Assembly: GCA_964035545.1 (NCBI GenBank)
Contig: OZ037768.1
Location: 23,655,319 to 23,719,318 of the forward strand
Source: Bugula neritina
Lineage: Eukaryota > Animalia > Bryozoa
Direction of reading: 5' to 3'
DNA length: 64,000 nt
Numbering within the stretch: the first letter of the stretch is position 1; each line of letters begins with the position of its first letter. The notes beneath the pieces were generated by a model that was not told the origin of the DNA, made no database searches, and saw only the letters and a program-made list of their open reading frames with translations. This document shows, piece after piece, positions 1 to 14,300 of the stretch. The translations under genes and the position numbers were made by a program.

Positions 1-340
1 ATCTGTACAACTTATCTGTCACTATCTGTACAACTTATCTGTTACTATCTGTACTACCTATCTGTTACTATCTCTACAACTTATCTGTCACTATCTCTAC
101 AACTTATCTGTCACTATCTGTACAACTTATCTGTCACTATCTGTACTACCTATCTGTCACTATCTGTACAACTTATCTGCTACTATCTGTACAACTTATC
201 TGCTACTATCTGTACAACTTATCTGCTACTATCTGTACAACTTATCTGTTACTATCTGTACTACTTATCTGTTACTATCTGTACTACTTATCTGCTACTA
301 TCTGTACAACTTATCTGTTACTATCTGTACTACTTATCTG
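1..340. repeat. 23-bp intronic minisatellite (CTATCTGTACAACTTATCTGTCA-like)
   Basis: About 15 tandem copies ending just before the HDAC6 acceptor at 356. Confidence 0.9.
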
Positions 341-356
341 TTATTATTCACTGCAG

Positions 357-3300
357 GATTATGATCATGGACTGGGATGTTCACCATGGTAACGGCACTC
401 AACACATGTTTGAATCTGATGACTCAGTTCTGTATATCTCACTCCATCGCTATGACAACGGCTTCTTCTACCCCGGCTCAGCTGACGCTAACTACGACAA
501 AGTTGGCAAAGGGAAGGGTGAAGGTTTCAATGTCAACATTCCTTTCAACTCCAAGGTATAGACACGTAGACTGTTGTAGGATGTGTGACTATTCTGTGGG
601 TGTTTTAGACGTACTGTTACCTGTATTTACCTGTTCCAGGTGTCTCCGTTTTATTACCTTGTCAATTCTGGTCCACCAGAGGGAATGCCGGGAGATGCTG
701 AATATATAGCAGCGTTTCAACAGATTGTCATGCCTATATGCTATGAGGTACAACATATTCCGTAGTCCGTTGTATCAATTTATTGTTGTCTTATGAGCAC
801 ACAACTCCTATATTTAGTCAGTATGTTGCAAGAAAACTATGCTAATCTGTTTTATATTTGTTTTTATAAAGTTGAAGTATAAACAATCCACTTATTTACT
901 ATAAATTATTGCTGCTTCAAGTGTAATTTATAGTATTAAAGTGTCAGCCTATATGTATGTATATATGTGAAGGAATTAAATTTATTCTAAACTTACCGCA
1001 CTACAATAGGGTCACATAATAGGGTGTGCAATCCTGTATTTAGTATCATGGTATATTGTATGCTATGTCATAGTATATTATTACAATATATTATATTATA
1101 TAACAGTATAGTATGTTATACCACAGTATACTATATTATATTATATTACAATATACTATGTTATATTACAGTATACTATATTATACTACATTATATTATA
1201 TTACAATATACTATGTTATATTACAGTATACTATATTATACTACATTATATTATATTACAATATACTATGTTATATTACAGTATGCTCCTGATCTTATTT
1301 TCATATCTGCTGGGTTTGATGCTGCTAAAGGCGATCCACTGGTAGGTTTCACTCAGTTACTTTTCTGTCATAGTTTTTATTAAAATCTTAGCCATTAGAT
1401 GAATCTTACTTATGGTGTTCTATGTCTACAGTATTGCCTGGATTATTTGTCAAGTTTTTGTAGCCTGTGATTTCATATTTGTCTGCATTGGTAGGGAAGG
1501 TATCGCATCACCCCCGGTGGATATGCCCACATGACTCATATGCTGACTTCCTTAGCCAATGGAAGAGTGATTCTAGCTCTGGAGGTGAGTGGAATATTTC
1601 CTTCTGCTCTCTTGTGTTTATGGAGAGAAGTACTTGCGTCATTCTGTGTTACTCCTTCTGATTGGCTACCTTCAGGGAGGTTACAACCTCAACTCAATAT
1701 CAGAGAGTTTCTCTGCGTGTGTTGACGTCATGCTGGGCGGAACCCCTCCGAGGATACAGGATACTGAGCCCGCAGCAAATGCCGTGGAAACTATTAAAAA
1801 TGTAATCAGCGTACATAAGAAGTACTGGAAGTCTCTTTGCTGTGATGGTGAGTCACTAGTTTTTGTTGTAGTTTTATGATGTCATCATATTTTGTGTGTG
1901 ATGCCATCATACTCAAAGAGCTTGTCATTGCTTGCTTTTTTAGTCACTCTGCCATACAATGAGACAGAGATTTTGGAACTGAAAAAGGAAAAGCAGGAAG
2001 AAGCAAAGGAGAAAAAGTTAGTATGAATCAGCTGAAGTCTGCGTTTCTAGAACGTTTTTCAGGATAATTAGCAGCGACAGTAGCCGTAATCATTTGTCAA
2101 GGTTCTGTCTTTTCTCTTGTATGTCTAGTAGTTCTGGAAAGTTCCTGCTGTGTTTCAGAGTGCCGTCTGATTTGGATGACCTGTCAACCAAGTTGAAGGC
2201 CACGATGCTCGAGTTGAACGGATCAGACTCTGAGACTCCGCCCACAGAAGGTTCTTCTGATGCCCCGCCCTCAGCATCTGATACTACGCAATCGGCAGCA
2301 CCTTCTAAACCATCAGACGATGACATCACTCAGCTAGGGGCCGCTGCCGCAGTGCCGTCACCTGCTGACCAGGTATGAGAGACATAGCGGCTGATTGGAC
2401 AGTCATGTTAAGAAAGTTTTGATTGATGTAGTAATACTAGTATCTAGTAATTCAGCTTCAACAATCAGTAAATGATTTCAGTGACTGACTATTTTTACTA
2501 TTTTTTGCTAAATTGTATGAAGAAATACTTTATTCTATTAATAAAGTATTTCTTGCGCTAGAAATACTTTATTCTATTAATAAAGTATTTCTTGCGCTAG
2601 AAATACTTTATTCTATTAATAAAGTATTTCTTGCGCTAGAAATACTTTATTCTATTAATAAAGTATTTCTTGCGCTAGAAATGTGTGTTGAGGTTCAGAA
2701 TGATGTGATCAGCTTTTTAAATTATGTCTGCATCAGAATAATATTTATAAAGACTTATTTTCCATTCAGGAATTGTTGGTGCTTTTGTAATTTTATATTT
2801 TAATGAAATATATTGCTAAACACACGCATGCAATGAAATGAGTTGTTTATTATGTCGAGTCAGTTGATCACCTTTTTGCTCTGCCCAGAACTTTAATCAT
2901 TCTACTAATACAGTTAATGTATGGTTTCTTTCTTCAAGTATATTCACATAAGTGTCCCCATGCTTTGTTTGAATGCACAATTTTTTACTATTGTTGCAGA
3001 GAAATAAATATAGTGTTTATGAACAAAAATAAGTGATTAAAACAATATTTACTTTTAAGGCAACCTTTAACTTAACTTAAATGAATGTTAACATAATTTT
3101 CAAAGTATTTTTACATCAACCCCCTTACTGCCAGGCTCAAAACTTCAGTGTCTCTTTTTCAAAATCAAATAAACTTCATCTAATAAACTGATTAATTTAA
3201 CGTTTCATGATGTTGAATTGTGATGTAATTTTGGAGGGAGCCACAGAGCTGTTTGCTGTCACCCCCCTCTCGTGGTGCGCCCATTTAGAGGACAACCAAC

Positions 3301-4128
3301 CTCTGACCCAGGACTTGGATATTTCTGTTCCTTGTATGGAGTGTGGGCATGTTGGAGAGAACTGGGTGTGCTTGACCTGCTATAAGGTAGTATGACATCA
3401 CACTACTCACACACTGATGACATCACACTACTCACATACTGATGACATCACACTACTCACATACTGATAACATAGCACTCATACACTGATGACATCACAC
3501 TAGTCACATAAAGATGACATCACACTGGTCACATATCAAACCAGTCGTGACTATATCTTGTGGGTTACAGGTATACTGTAGCAGATATGTGACTATATCT
3601 TGTGGGTTACAGGTGTACTGTACCAGATATGTGACTATATCTTGTGGGTTACAGGTGTACTGTAGCAGATATGTGACTATATCTTGTGGGTTACAGGTGT
3701 ACTGTAGCAGATATGTGAATGAACACATGCTGTTCCATTCAATTGAAACTGAACACAAGATGGTGTTGAGTTACTCGGACCTTTCCACGTGGTGTTATGG
3801 CTGTGACTCTTACGTACACAATATAGTAAGTATACCACTGTATACTATGTACACAATATAGTAAGTATATCACTGTATACTATGTACACAATATAGTAAG
3901 TATATCACTGTATACTATGTACACAATATAGTAAGTATATCACTGTATACTATGTTCACAATACAGTAAGTATATCACTGTATACTATGTACACAATATA
4001 GTAAGTATACCACTCATTATTAAGTACAAATGGCCTAAACACAGTTATATATCTTACAGGAGCTGCTACCAATGAAAGACTCGGCTTACAGGAGTAAATT
4101 TGGACGACCCTTGGAGGGTGGCTATTAG
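357..4128 (+). CDS. HDAC6: Histone deacetylase 6, 3' part (second catalytic domain + ZnF-UBP); 5' end lies upstream of the window
   Basis: Exons 357-555, 640-747, 1282-1341, 1495-1584, 1676-1847, 1944-2016, 2159-2372, ~3237-3386 (acceptor uncertain), 3697-3825, 4060-4128 (TAG). Peptides [32 protein letters not shown], then Zn[54 protein letters not shown] introns phase-compatible. Confidence 0.95.
2521..2680. repeat. 39-bp tandem repeat x4, each unit a perfect hairpin
   Basis: Unit AGAAATACTTTATT-CTATT-AATAAAGTATTTCT-TGCGCT (14-bp inverted repeat, 5-nt loop). Confidence 0.9.
3547..3717 (+). repeat. 42-bp tandem repeat x4 spanning an HDAC6 3' splice site
   Basis: Unit GTGACTATATCTTGTGGGTTACAG|GTGTACTGTAGCAGATAT; acceptor AG ends at 3570, 3612, 3654 and 3696. 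Confidence 0.92.
3814..4012 (+). repeat. 35-bp tandem repeat spanning an HDAC6 5' splice site
   Basis: Unit GTACACAATATA|GTAAGTATATCACTGTATACTAT; GTAAGT at 3826, 3861, 3896, 3931, 3966 and 4001. Confidence 0.92.
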
Positions 4129-5343
4129 AATATACTTTGCTAGCTGAATTTAGATAAGAGCGGTTTTTCCTTTCAACTACATTACATTCTCATATAAATA
4201 TGAAGTTAGTTACTGTAAACATTTAATACTGTTACTTTTTTATTTATTATGCAATTATTTTATATGATGTACATTCTATTATGAGTTACAGTGGATTTAT
4301 AACTTAATTTGAGAATATGACTTTGGAAAGTTTCGATTCAACAATATTTTCAGAACTTTATTCTCACACTGTGAAAACTGTGAAACTGAAAATGAGATAA
4401 TTTGCATAAAAACAGAATATTCAACTTCTTTTACTCTAATAAAACATAAAAATAAATCACTTAATTAAAGATTATACTATGCTAGACATGGAAGTTATTA
4501 CAATGACATAAACAAAAATAGACCATGTTGTAAGTATACAATCTATAGAGAATACAATGGCAGGTCTGAAGGTGACTAGAATAAGACAACTCCCTGTGAA
4601 CACGGAGCCAATTCTTGTCTGACTAGAGGGAAGAATAGTTTGTCAGCCGAAAAGTGGTAAACACCAAACTCAGCCACTCATCAGTGTTGATGTGAAACGC
4701 AGACGTCAAGAAGATTTTACAAACAGTTTATGAACAGAAATTGGCAAACTTTCGACTGCAAATTAACGCATCACAAAAAGCTACTGCTTTGGAATACTAA
4801 CTACTCTTGTATAAAAATAATATGCTTTACTGTAATTATTACACTTCATTGTCAGTGCCAGAAATGTGTACGGCACACAGGAAATTCATCTCCATGTGTT
4901 GGGACTCGAATAAAACAACTTCAATGACTTAGTATAAACGAATAAACTCCAAAGATGACTAGTTCAACATAAACGGGATACAATATGATTGTCTCCAGGC
5001 AAGTGTACGCACAACTTAACATCTTCAGAACGAATCAGGACGGAGCAAAGATGAACTGACCTCAATTGCCAACAACCTAGGCTACAGTAACTCAAGCTTG
5101 ACCTCTACGGCCAGTAATATAGAAGTTACTTCTGCATTAATCTGCAGATATTATTGTGAATAACATTCTCAAATCCGCACAAATAATACCCAAGACTACA
5201 TCATATAATTAAAAATAAAACTCAATAGAAAAATACTACTGTGATTGAATACAAGTTAGGAATGCTCAACAAAATAATGGATTTAAAAATATAACTGAAT
5301 ACTCACAAAAATATATATATATATATAAGTGAACAATTGTAAG

Positions 5344-8300
5344 TTACTTGTTCTCTATAAGCGTTTGCAATCGGAACACAAGATCTCGGGCTATGCTCAA
5401 CACTTCTCGGGCGTTGTGCTTCTCCGCCATTTCTACATTATAATTACAGAACTGTTACTAACAATACATATTCCTATTACATATATAATACCTTATATAC
5501 AGTATGTTATGTACAGTAAGTTATATACAGTAAGTTATATACAGTATGTTATATACAGTAAGTTATATACAGTAAGTTACATACAGTAAGTTACATACAG
5601 TAAGTTACATACAGTAAGTTATATACAGTAAGTTATATACAGTAAGTTACATACAGTAAGTTATATACAGTAAGTTACATACAGTAAGTTATATACAGTA
5701 AGTTATATACAGTAAGTTATATACAGTAAGCTATATACAGTAAGTTATATACAGTAAGCTATACACAAAACTAAACCCAATAAGCAGACCCACCATTAAA
5801 GAACTTGATAATCTCCACCATTTCCATAGCATTATCAATTAGAATATCCCTGTAGGCCTCCATCATGGCCAGTCCAATGAACGCCACGTAGTTGTCCGAG
5901 CAGACGTGTTTAGCGGCCCAGATACTCTCCCACACTAAGAATACGTCCTCGTAGCACATCTCTGTCAGAATGGAGAGAAATGGAAACATTACAGCAGCAG
6001 TGGTCGGTATTCACACTACTAGCGTAACACGCAGCAGCAAAACAAACTACATGAAAAACTTTCCTTTAAAGGTCTATTGCACTTTTCCATCACAAAAAAC
6101 TTGAGTTTTCCGACATCTAATCAGCTCAGACATATAAACATTGTATCGGCAAACATAATGAAGAAAAACAGTGTAGGATAATGCACTCTGGAAATCTTTT
6201 CTTTAGATACTTTTGTCATCTGATAGTCCGGAATATTCCTTTACACAACACTAGGGGTCAGATGACAAATCTAGACTGAGTTCTACAGAAACTGCACGCA
6301 CCTCGTTTGAAGTCCAGCAGCAACCACCGATAGCAGAAGAAGAAGTGGGTGTAGTCCCCGTTGAGGTGTAGCAGGTCGTACAACTCTGGGTCCAGCACCT
6401 GGTGGATACCATTAGAGGGTAACTACCCTAGACTACAGTATAACTACCGTATAACTATACTAACTACTGTATAACTATACTAACTACTGTATAACTATAC
6501 TAACTACTGTATAACTATACTAACTACTGTACAACTATACTAACTACTGTATAACTATACTAACTACTGTATAACTATACTAACTACTGTATAACTATAT
6601 TAACTACCGTATAACTATACTAACTACCGTATAACTATACTAACTACCGTATAACTATACTAACTATTGTATAACTATACTAACTACTGTATAACTATAC
6701 TAACTACTGTATAACTATACTAACTATTGTATAACTATACTAGCTACTGTATAACTATACTAACTACTGTATAACTATACTAACTACTGTATAACTATAC
6801 TAACTACTGTATAACTATACTAACTACTGTATAACTATACTAACTACTGTATAACTATACTAACTACTGTATAACTATACTAACTACTGTATAACTATAC
6901 TAACTACTGTATAACTATTGACTCACCATAACTAGGGACCTCATGTTAGCCAAGTGATTGTCCATAGCCGTACCACCGGGGAAATTCTCAACCATTTTCT
7001 TCATCAAATTGCAGAAACAACTGTATGTCAGAGATTCTGAGAGAAGAAATACAACACGGTGGTTTCCATGACAACATATCATATCCATTAATGATGTCTA
7101 GAATTACATGCTATAAGTTTCTAAAATCACTACGGTTGTATTCAATGTAATTACTATTACCAGAAGCTTTAAAAAATAGTTCAAACTTTTAAGCAGCATA
7201 ACATCTCATTGTAAAGCACCTACCATCATCAAATATCACAAGTAAGGGCGCTACGAGGTCACACATTCCCTGAATATATCCAACATCCAGGTTTTTCCAG
7301 ACGTATGTACACATGACGTTGCGCAACTTTTTCAAGTTGTTCTCCGTAAAGTACCAGTAGTTCCGATCACATCGGTGTACATCCTACAGTGTATTAGAAA
7401 GCAGACGTACTAGAATGACTCATGCTAGGAAGCAGACGTACTAGAATGACTCATGTTAGAGAGCAGACGTACTAGAATGACTCATACTAAGAAGCAGACG
7501 TATGAAAGACACCATGAGAGGATAAAAACTACCAGTACATGAGAACTTGTCAAACAAAGTTGTCTAGAAAATGCTATCTAAAAGATGTAAGCAATAAGGG
7601 CACACATCAAGTAAAATAGGAATTATATGTTAAACGTGGAGTTATCTTCTTTTCAGATAAGTGGGTTTGTGATTCCGTAATGAATTGGCTAAAGGAGTAA
7701 ACAAGTCACGGTCTAGATTTTGTAAAAGTCGGAAGAGCAAACCGTGACTAACCTTGTCTATTCTGTGAAGATTAAGCTTCACTTCTTCTAGTATCTTCTC
7801 GTTGTAATTTGGATCCAGTTTTCCATCCACAGCATCAGCAGACGAGCTGCGCAAAGGATTACGACCTGTAAGAAAGACAACTCCTAATAAAACATTGAGA
7901 CGTCACTTTTTGAGTTATGACTAATGTAGCTTATAATCTGGCAGGAAGTAAAAATCTAAATGCACCTTCAAATAAACAGAATACAGGTAAAACTAAGAAA
8001 CTGAGTCTATACACACAGACCCACACTCACTTGATACTTTTACAGCACAGAAGTCTTCGTGATAGTTCGAGTCCACAGTGTGCCACTTGGTTAGTGGGGG
8101 TGGCGGTTTCACTGTCCCACTGACGTTGTTTGCATTTATTTCTGCTACCATCACTGAGTCTAAGAACACCTGGAAAATATTAGTGCCTTCGTGACATCAC
8201 AGCCAGTAAGAATCTTACAAAAACTCCATTTCGTATAAAAAAATATCATCAGAAATTAAATAAATGCAAAAAGTGTATAAAGCTACATCATGATTAATCA

Positions 8301-11300
8301 GTATATATCTTGCTACATTACCAACAGCATTGAAAGACATTCAGCAGAAAAGAATTATTACCAAGTAAGTTTGCTCTCCTTAGGAATTGAATTCCTACTT
8401 CAATATTTTCTACATTTTTATTTACAGAAAAGAATTAAGTATAAAATAAAGTGTTCACAGCAGACTCTGTCTAAATTAAGCTAACACAGTTTGATGTATT
8501 GATTAGCCTACACATGCAGCTATAACAGTAAGCCAGTCTCTACCTCTACATAATATACACACATGTCTATAACACAGCCAGGTAGAGGAGCTCAGTGAAA
8601 TGCTTTGAGTGCAATACAGTATGACAGTATCACAGGCTATCTGACTGAGTGTATGTTCACCACTTAGAGTGGTAGCTGACACAAATATCCACAGAGTAAG
8701 TGGTCAGGTGATTGAACTTTCAGAAGAATAGTAACAGGGAGTCAGTTACTATGTGAGCGGATAGTTTTCATCACACTACACTATGAGTGTCACATGATAC
8801 CCGAGAGTTACATGACACTTGAGTGTCACATGTGTGTCACATGAGTGTCGCATGACACCTTGAGTGTCACATGAAACCTGAGTGTCATATGACACCCAAG
8901 TATCACATGACATATGAGTGTCACAACAGCCTTTATTACAATCTCACAACTGACTTTTATTTTGCATATGCTTTACTGTCACATATTCACAAAGTTTTAT
9001 ATCCGGAGGGAATTAGGAAGGAGTTGAACAGAGTAACAGTGAAGAGTGGAATAGTGAAGGAGTGGAATAGTGAAGGAGTGGAATAGTGAAGGAGTGGAAT
9101 AGTGAAGGAGTGGAAGAGTGAAGGAGTGGAATAGTGAAGGAGTGGAATAGTGAAGGAGTGGAATAGTGAAGGAGTGGAATAGTGAAAGAGTGAAATAGTT
9201 AAAGGGTGGAATAGTGAAGAGTGGAATAGTGAAGGAGTGGAATAGTGAAGGAGTGGAATAGTTAAAGAGTGGAATAGTGAAGGAGTGGAATAGTGAAGGA
9301 GTGGAATAGTGAAGGAGTGGAATAGTGAAGGAGTGGAATAGTGAAAGAGTGAAATAGTTAAAGGGTGGAATAGTGAAGAGTGGAATAGTGAAGGAGTGGA
9401 ATAGTGAAGGAGTGGAATAGTGAAGGAGTGGAATAGTGAAGGAGTGGAATAGTGAAGGAGTGGAATAGTGAAAGAGTGAAATAGTTAAAGGGTGGAATAG
9501 TGAAGAGTGGAATAGTGAAGGAGTGGAATAGTGAAGGAGTGGAATAGTGAAGGAGTGGAATAGTGAAGGAGTGGAATAGTGAAGGAGTGGAATAGTGAAG
9601 GAGTGGAATAGTGAAGGAGTGGAATAGTGAAGAGTGGAATAGTGAAGAGTGGAATAGTGAAGAGTGGAATAGTGAAGGAGTGGAATAGTGAAGGAGTGGA
9701 ATAGTGAAGGAGTGGAATAGTGAAGGAGTGGAATAGTGAAGGAGTGGAATAGTGAAGGAGTGGAATAGTGAAGGAGTGGAATAGTGAAGGAGTGGAATAG
9801 TGAAGGAGTGGAATAGTGAAGGAGTGGAATAGTGAAGGAGTGGAATCGTGAAGGAGTGGAATAGTGAAGGAGTGGAATAGTAATAGAGAAGTGAGCTGAA
9901 GGAGTATTGTGATGGGAATTAAAACAAAACAGAGTGAGACGAGTGATTGAAGCACATAAGCTAAGCCAAGACCCAAACTAGCCTTTCACCTTGGAAATGG
10001 TCCTGAAATAATTCTGCAATTACATGACGTCCATATTATTTCATTACCTCAGCCAACTTAAATACATAACAGGAAAACAGTTATTTACATGTATGTAAAA
10101 TGATGGATATTAAACTTTTAGTATAAATGCTTATTTTCAACAAGAAAGTATTTGATGGACATAATCATAAATTACTAAATACTAAAATCATAAAATACTA
10201 ATTTAATATCTTTCACTTTTTAATGAAGTGAATTATATAATCAAATTCATAATCCAATATACAAACTTAATATGTAAACAAACATATATTTGGGATCTGT
10301 TGAGGGTGTAATTAAAGTTCTACTGATCTGCATTTATACAGATCAAATGGCCAATCAGATGTAGCCTTAGATACTACCAAACTGTTCAGAAGTTTCAAAT
10401 ACATGCCCTAAACCAATTCAACCCCGTCCACAGTGCAAACCTATGACTTGAAGCTATTAGCTGACAAACTGGAACTAGTTTAGACTACCTCGTTGCTCAG
10501 GTTAGAAACTTGTCGGTCAATCAAGCGTTTCCTGAAGTTATCAGGAATAGGAAGATCGAGGGTAGGAGGGAGAAGGTCATGTGGAGGTCGCAGATTGCCG
10601 TAAGCTTTAATGTTTGCCTTAAGCAAAGCCTCCCTCTGCTGCAGCACTGACTCTACACTCTGCCAGTCAAACTTTGTCTTCTCATACAGATTAGCAGACG
10701 TCGCGTCTAGTTTCTTCTTGTCTTCCTTTAAAGTATACAAATAATAGTCGTAGAATCGTAGAAAGGTAGAAAGGTTTCACTCGCACAATCTCTACTTTTG
10801 ATACAACCATTTATGTTTCTATGATAAATTATATAACTTTTGTTAAAATTATACATATTTCTACTCTACAACAGATGTAGCATTAGAACCACACATTGAT
10901 TGTGGGGCCTACCTTAGACATGCCAAACTTGTAGTGATCGAGGAGATAAGGCCAGACCTGTTTTCTGATCTGAGGAGAAACACCGCCGTAGTATATAGAG
11001 CTGTAGATCTCAGACTGTCTGGACACCTGTAAGATAGTGTCACACTCGAGTGTCATGTTTAGGCGTAGCTGCTATGAGGGGATTCATACATATTTCTAAG
11101 ATAGAGAACTGTTACTACGCATTTTTGCACTAAACTTATTATTTTGGCTCTGTGACTTGGTTTAACAAACAACATATCTGTAGGCATATAAGAAATTACA
11201 ACTCCACACTTTGGATTTTTTTAGCATGCACATTTTACAGCTAAAAATAAAAAAATTGTAATTGTAAAAACTGCAGATATTTGTAAGCGATTTCAAATAT

Positions 11301-14300
11301 AAAAATACAAGTACCACAGCCTTAGAGTAACAATTAGTAGGAATTTTGCTCTCACCATATCTGAATCGGATAAAGATTTCCAGAGCTTAGTTGAAAGATA
11401 TTTGTTATTGTGGGGAGGGGTGGGTAGAGTAGCTTCCCCGTTGTAAACGAGACCAGAGAGGTGCTCTCTCACAGTCTTCAGATGTCTGCAGTGTGCCAGC
11501 CCTACAGTCACACGTTTGTGATGTCACTGTGAGTGAGACTGAATAATTAGAGAGTGAGACTGAGTGATTAGAGAGTGAGACTGAGTGAGGAGAGAGTGAT
11601 ACTGAGTGAGTAGAGAGTGAGACTGAGTGAGGAGAGAGTGAAACTGAGTGAGTAGAGAGTGAAACTGAGTGAGTAGGGAGTGAGACTGAGTGAGTAGAGA
11701 GTGAGACTGAATGAGTAGAGAGTGAGACTGAATGAGTAGAGAGTGAGACTGAATGATTAGAGAGTGAGACTGAGTGAGTAGAGAGTGAGACTGAGTGAGT
11801 GGAGAGTGATACTGAGTGAGTAGAGAGTGAGACTGAGTGAGTAGAGAGTGATACTGAGTGAGTAGAGAGTGATACTGAGTGAGTAGAGAGTGAGACTGAG
11901 TGATTAGAGAGTGAGACTGAACATAACAACATAGCTATCATATAAATGATTTTCAACCTACAGCCATAGAAAGCTCTAGAAACAATCTGCAACTTCATGG
12001 TGGTACAAAGTCGTTGTAAAGAATCTCTAGTTTGAAGAGGAGGTTTCTTGGCTTGTTCTATATGAGATTGGGTGGGGGGTTCATAAGAGCCCGTATTACT
12101 AGTATGACTAGCACGGGAGCTATGGGTAGGGCTATCTGTAGGTACAGAAGAACTCCACGGTAGCCTCAAAGACCTGATAGATTCAAAAGACAGCAGACTG
12201 AGTCTTCTGGGATCAATCAGCTCATCTGCAAACAGAAGAAAGAAAGAGTAAGATTAGACTATTATATTGCCTTTCAGAGAGTCTGGAAAAAATGGCAAAC
12301 TGGTGAAACTTGAATAAACCATTTAAACCAAAGTTTATCTTATATACTAAACTAGCATGTTTTATCAAGTTGAATAAATTAAGAGCAAACAATGATTGGC
12401 TTTTATATCTGCAGATGATATTCAACTTACGCATAGCTTTGGGCTTGTAAACACCAACAATCCTAAACACGTAGTCAATATCCAACTCGTCTTCAACAGA
12501 TGAGGACGGGGTGTAAAACTCACCACTCTCACTGGCTGCCTTGGGAGTGCTTAATGAGAGCCTCTTCTTTTTCAGTTTGGGAAAAATTTTGCCTACAAAG
12601 TTGAAACGAGTTTAGATCAATTCACTGTGCTTCAAGTCTAATATAATTGGGTCAAGCACTTAGCACTTTCACAGATATTTTTTAAAAGAATCTCTGTTGT
12701 ATCTGTTTGAGTGAACAACTTAAAAACTACAGTATTTACAAGATAATTTCAGCCTAAACTTTGAGGTCTTGCTTAATTTCTGGTTCTTAAAACATGTCAG
12801 AAAAATCTGGTACACACCTACAACTCTCCATTTCAGTCAAGGAATAACTGTGAGCATATAAATAACTAAATAATTAATAGATACTATATTTCTCATATCT
12901 TGTCACCACAAGCGGTGTTGTTAAAATGATTACCAGGTAGGGTACCGTTGCAAATAAAGCTTCCTAAAAATGCAACCACAGCAGGTAGAAATAATATCCA
13001 GAGTATATTGTTTAGCCAAACAGACAGCAAAGAAATATTACTCTATTAGGAAATATGGAGTGAAATCTTTCCACAAGCTACTAGTAGATGAGTCACTTAG
13101 TTATTATACTGATGAGTCATCCTACAGACAATGGGTTGATGAATCAGTTAGTAAATTACAAGTTTAAGTGAGTGAGTGAGTAATTGAATAAGTGAATGAG
13201 TGAGTGAGTGATGGGTGAGTGTGTGAGTGAGTGTGTGAATGAGTGAGTAATTGAGTGAGTGAGCGAGTAATTGAATGAATGTGTGAGTGAATGGGTGAGT
13301 GTGTGAGTGAATGAGTGAGTAGTGATCCAGTTAATAAATGGGCAAGTAAGAGGGTTAGTAAGTATGATTTCACTATATAGTAAGTTGGAAAACTGAAGAA
13401 AAACTTGATACTTGAAAGCAAATTTTATAAAAGCTATGATGTGAGCTAATTTAGTTGGCAAAACAGCTTATAAGGAAATGTATCATTGGGCGGCTTGACT
13501 GATGGAACACCTAATACAATCTACCAACAGACTAAATGATCAGTAAATAAAATGTTTTTCCAATTTGAAATTATAAAAAGAAAGAAAACTTTAAATTTTG
13601 AAAATGATTAACTTCAAACTGCTCAGCTTTAGTTTCATTGAAAGATCTTTAAGCTCCTTTCTAAATATAAAAAGAAAACAAATACCAAGAGAAAAGGATG
13701 CTCAACTAGACTCCTGGCACTAATCATGAAGATCAATAATGTTATGAAAGTTGTTGGTTAAAAAGAAATGTAATGTTAGCTGTAACTAGCAAGCTGAGCA
13801 GACGCTGTACACGCAGACGTCATGAATGCAGACGTTGTACAGATTACATGCAGACGTCAGACACATTCACATCTCAAACGTAGCTTCAGTCACAGTTAAA
13901 GCAGAGACTGCTTTATTCAAGCTAATTTACTAAATACCTAGTAGAGTTGAACTTGCAGGGTCTTCATCTGTAAACAAGTGGAATGCTAGAAAGGTGATTT
14001 CAACTATAGGAAATTACTAAAAGGGTACAAAACTGAAGCACTCATTGAAAAGGCCAACCTAGGAGGCATTTAAGTCAGAAATGCTGACTGTGCTATTCAT
14101 AAAAGCTTTAGTTAAAAATGCAATAAACTTCTTGGACTAAAAACACATATTAGGCAAAAACAAATATTTAAAAAAGAGAAATAAAACATGGTGGTGGAGG
14201 GAAGAGAATAAATAATAGAAAATATTCTTTATAAATACCTTTAAAAAACAGACTTTCACATGTGCTATCCTAATTAGACAAACAACTGTGTTTGGAACAC

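Noticed and set aside
2521-2680. CRISPR-like palindromic repeats
   Set aside because: No unique spacers and no cas genes; eukaryotic intron.
9485-9976. 163-aa ORF with a hydrophobic N-terminus
   Set aside because: Mostly the 16-bp satellite; non-ATG start.
11405-12169. 254-aa ORF with SVSLSTH repeats
   Set aside because: A real SGSM exon reading through its donor into a 21-bp intronic repeat, then out of frame.
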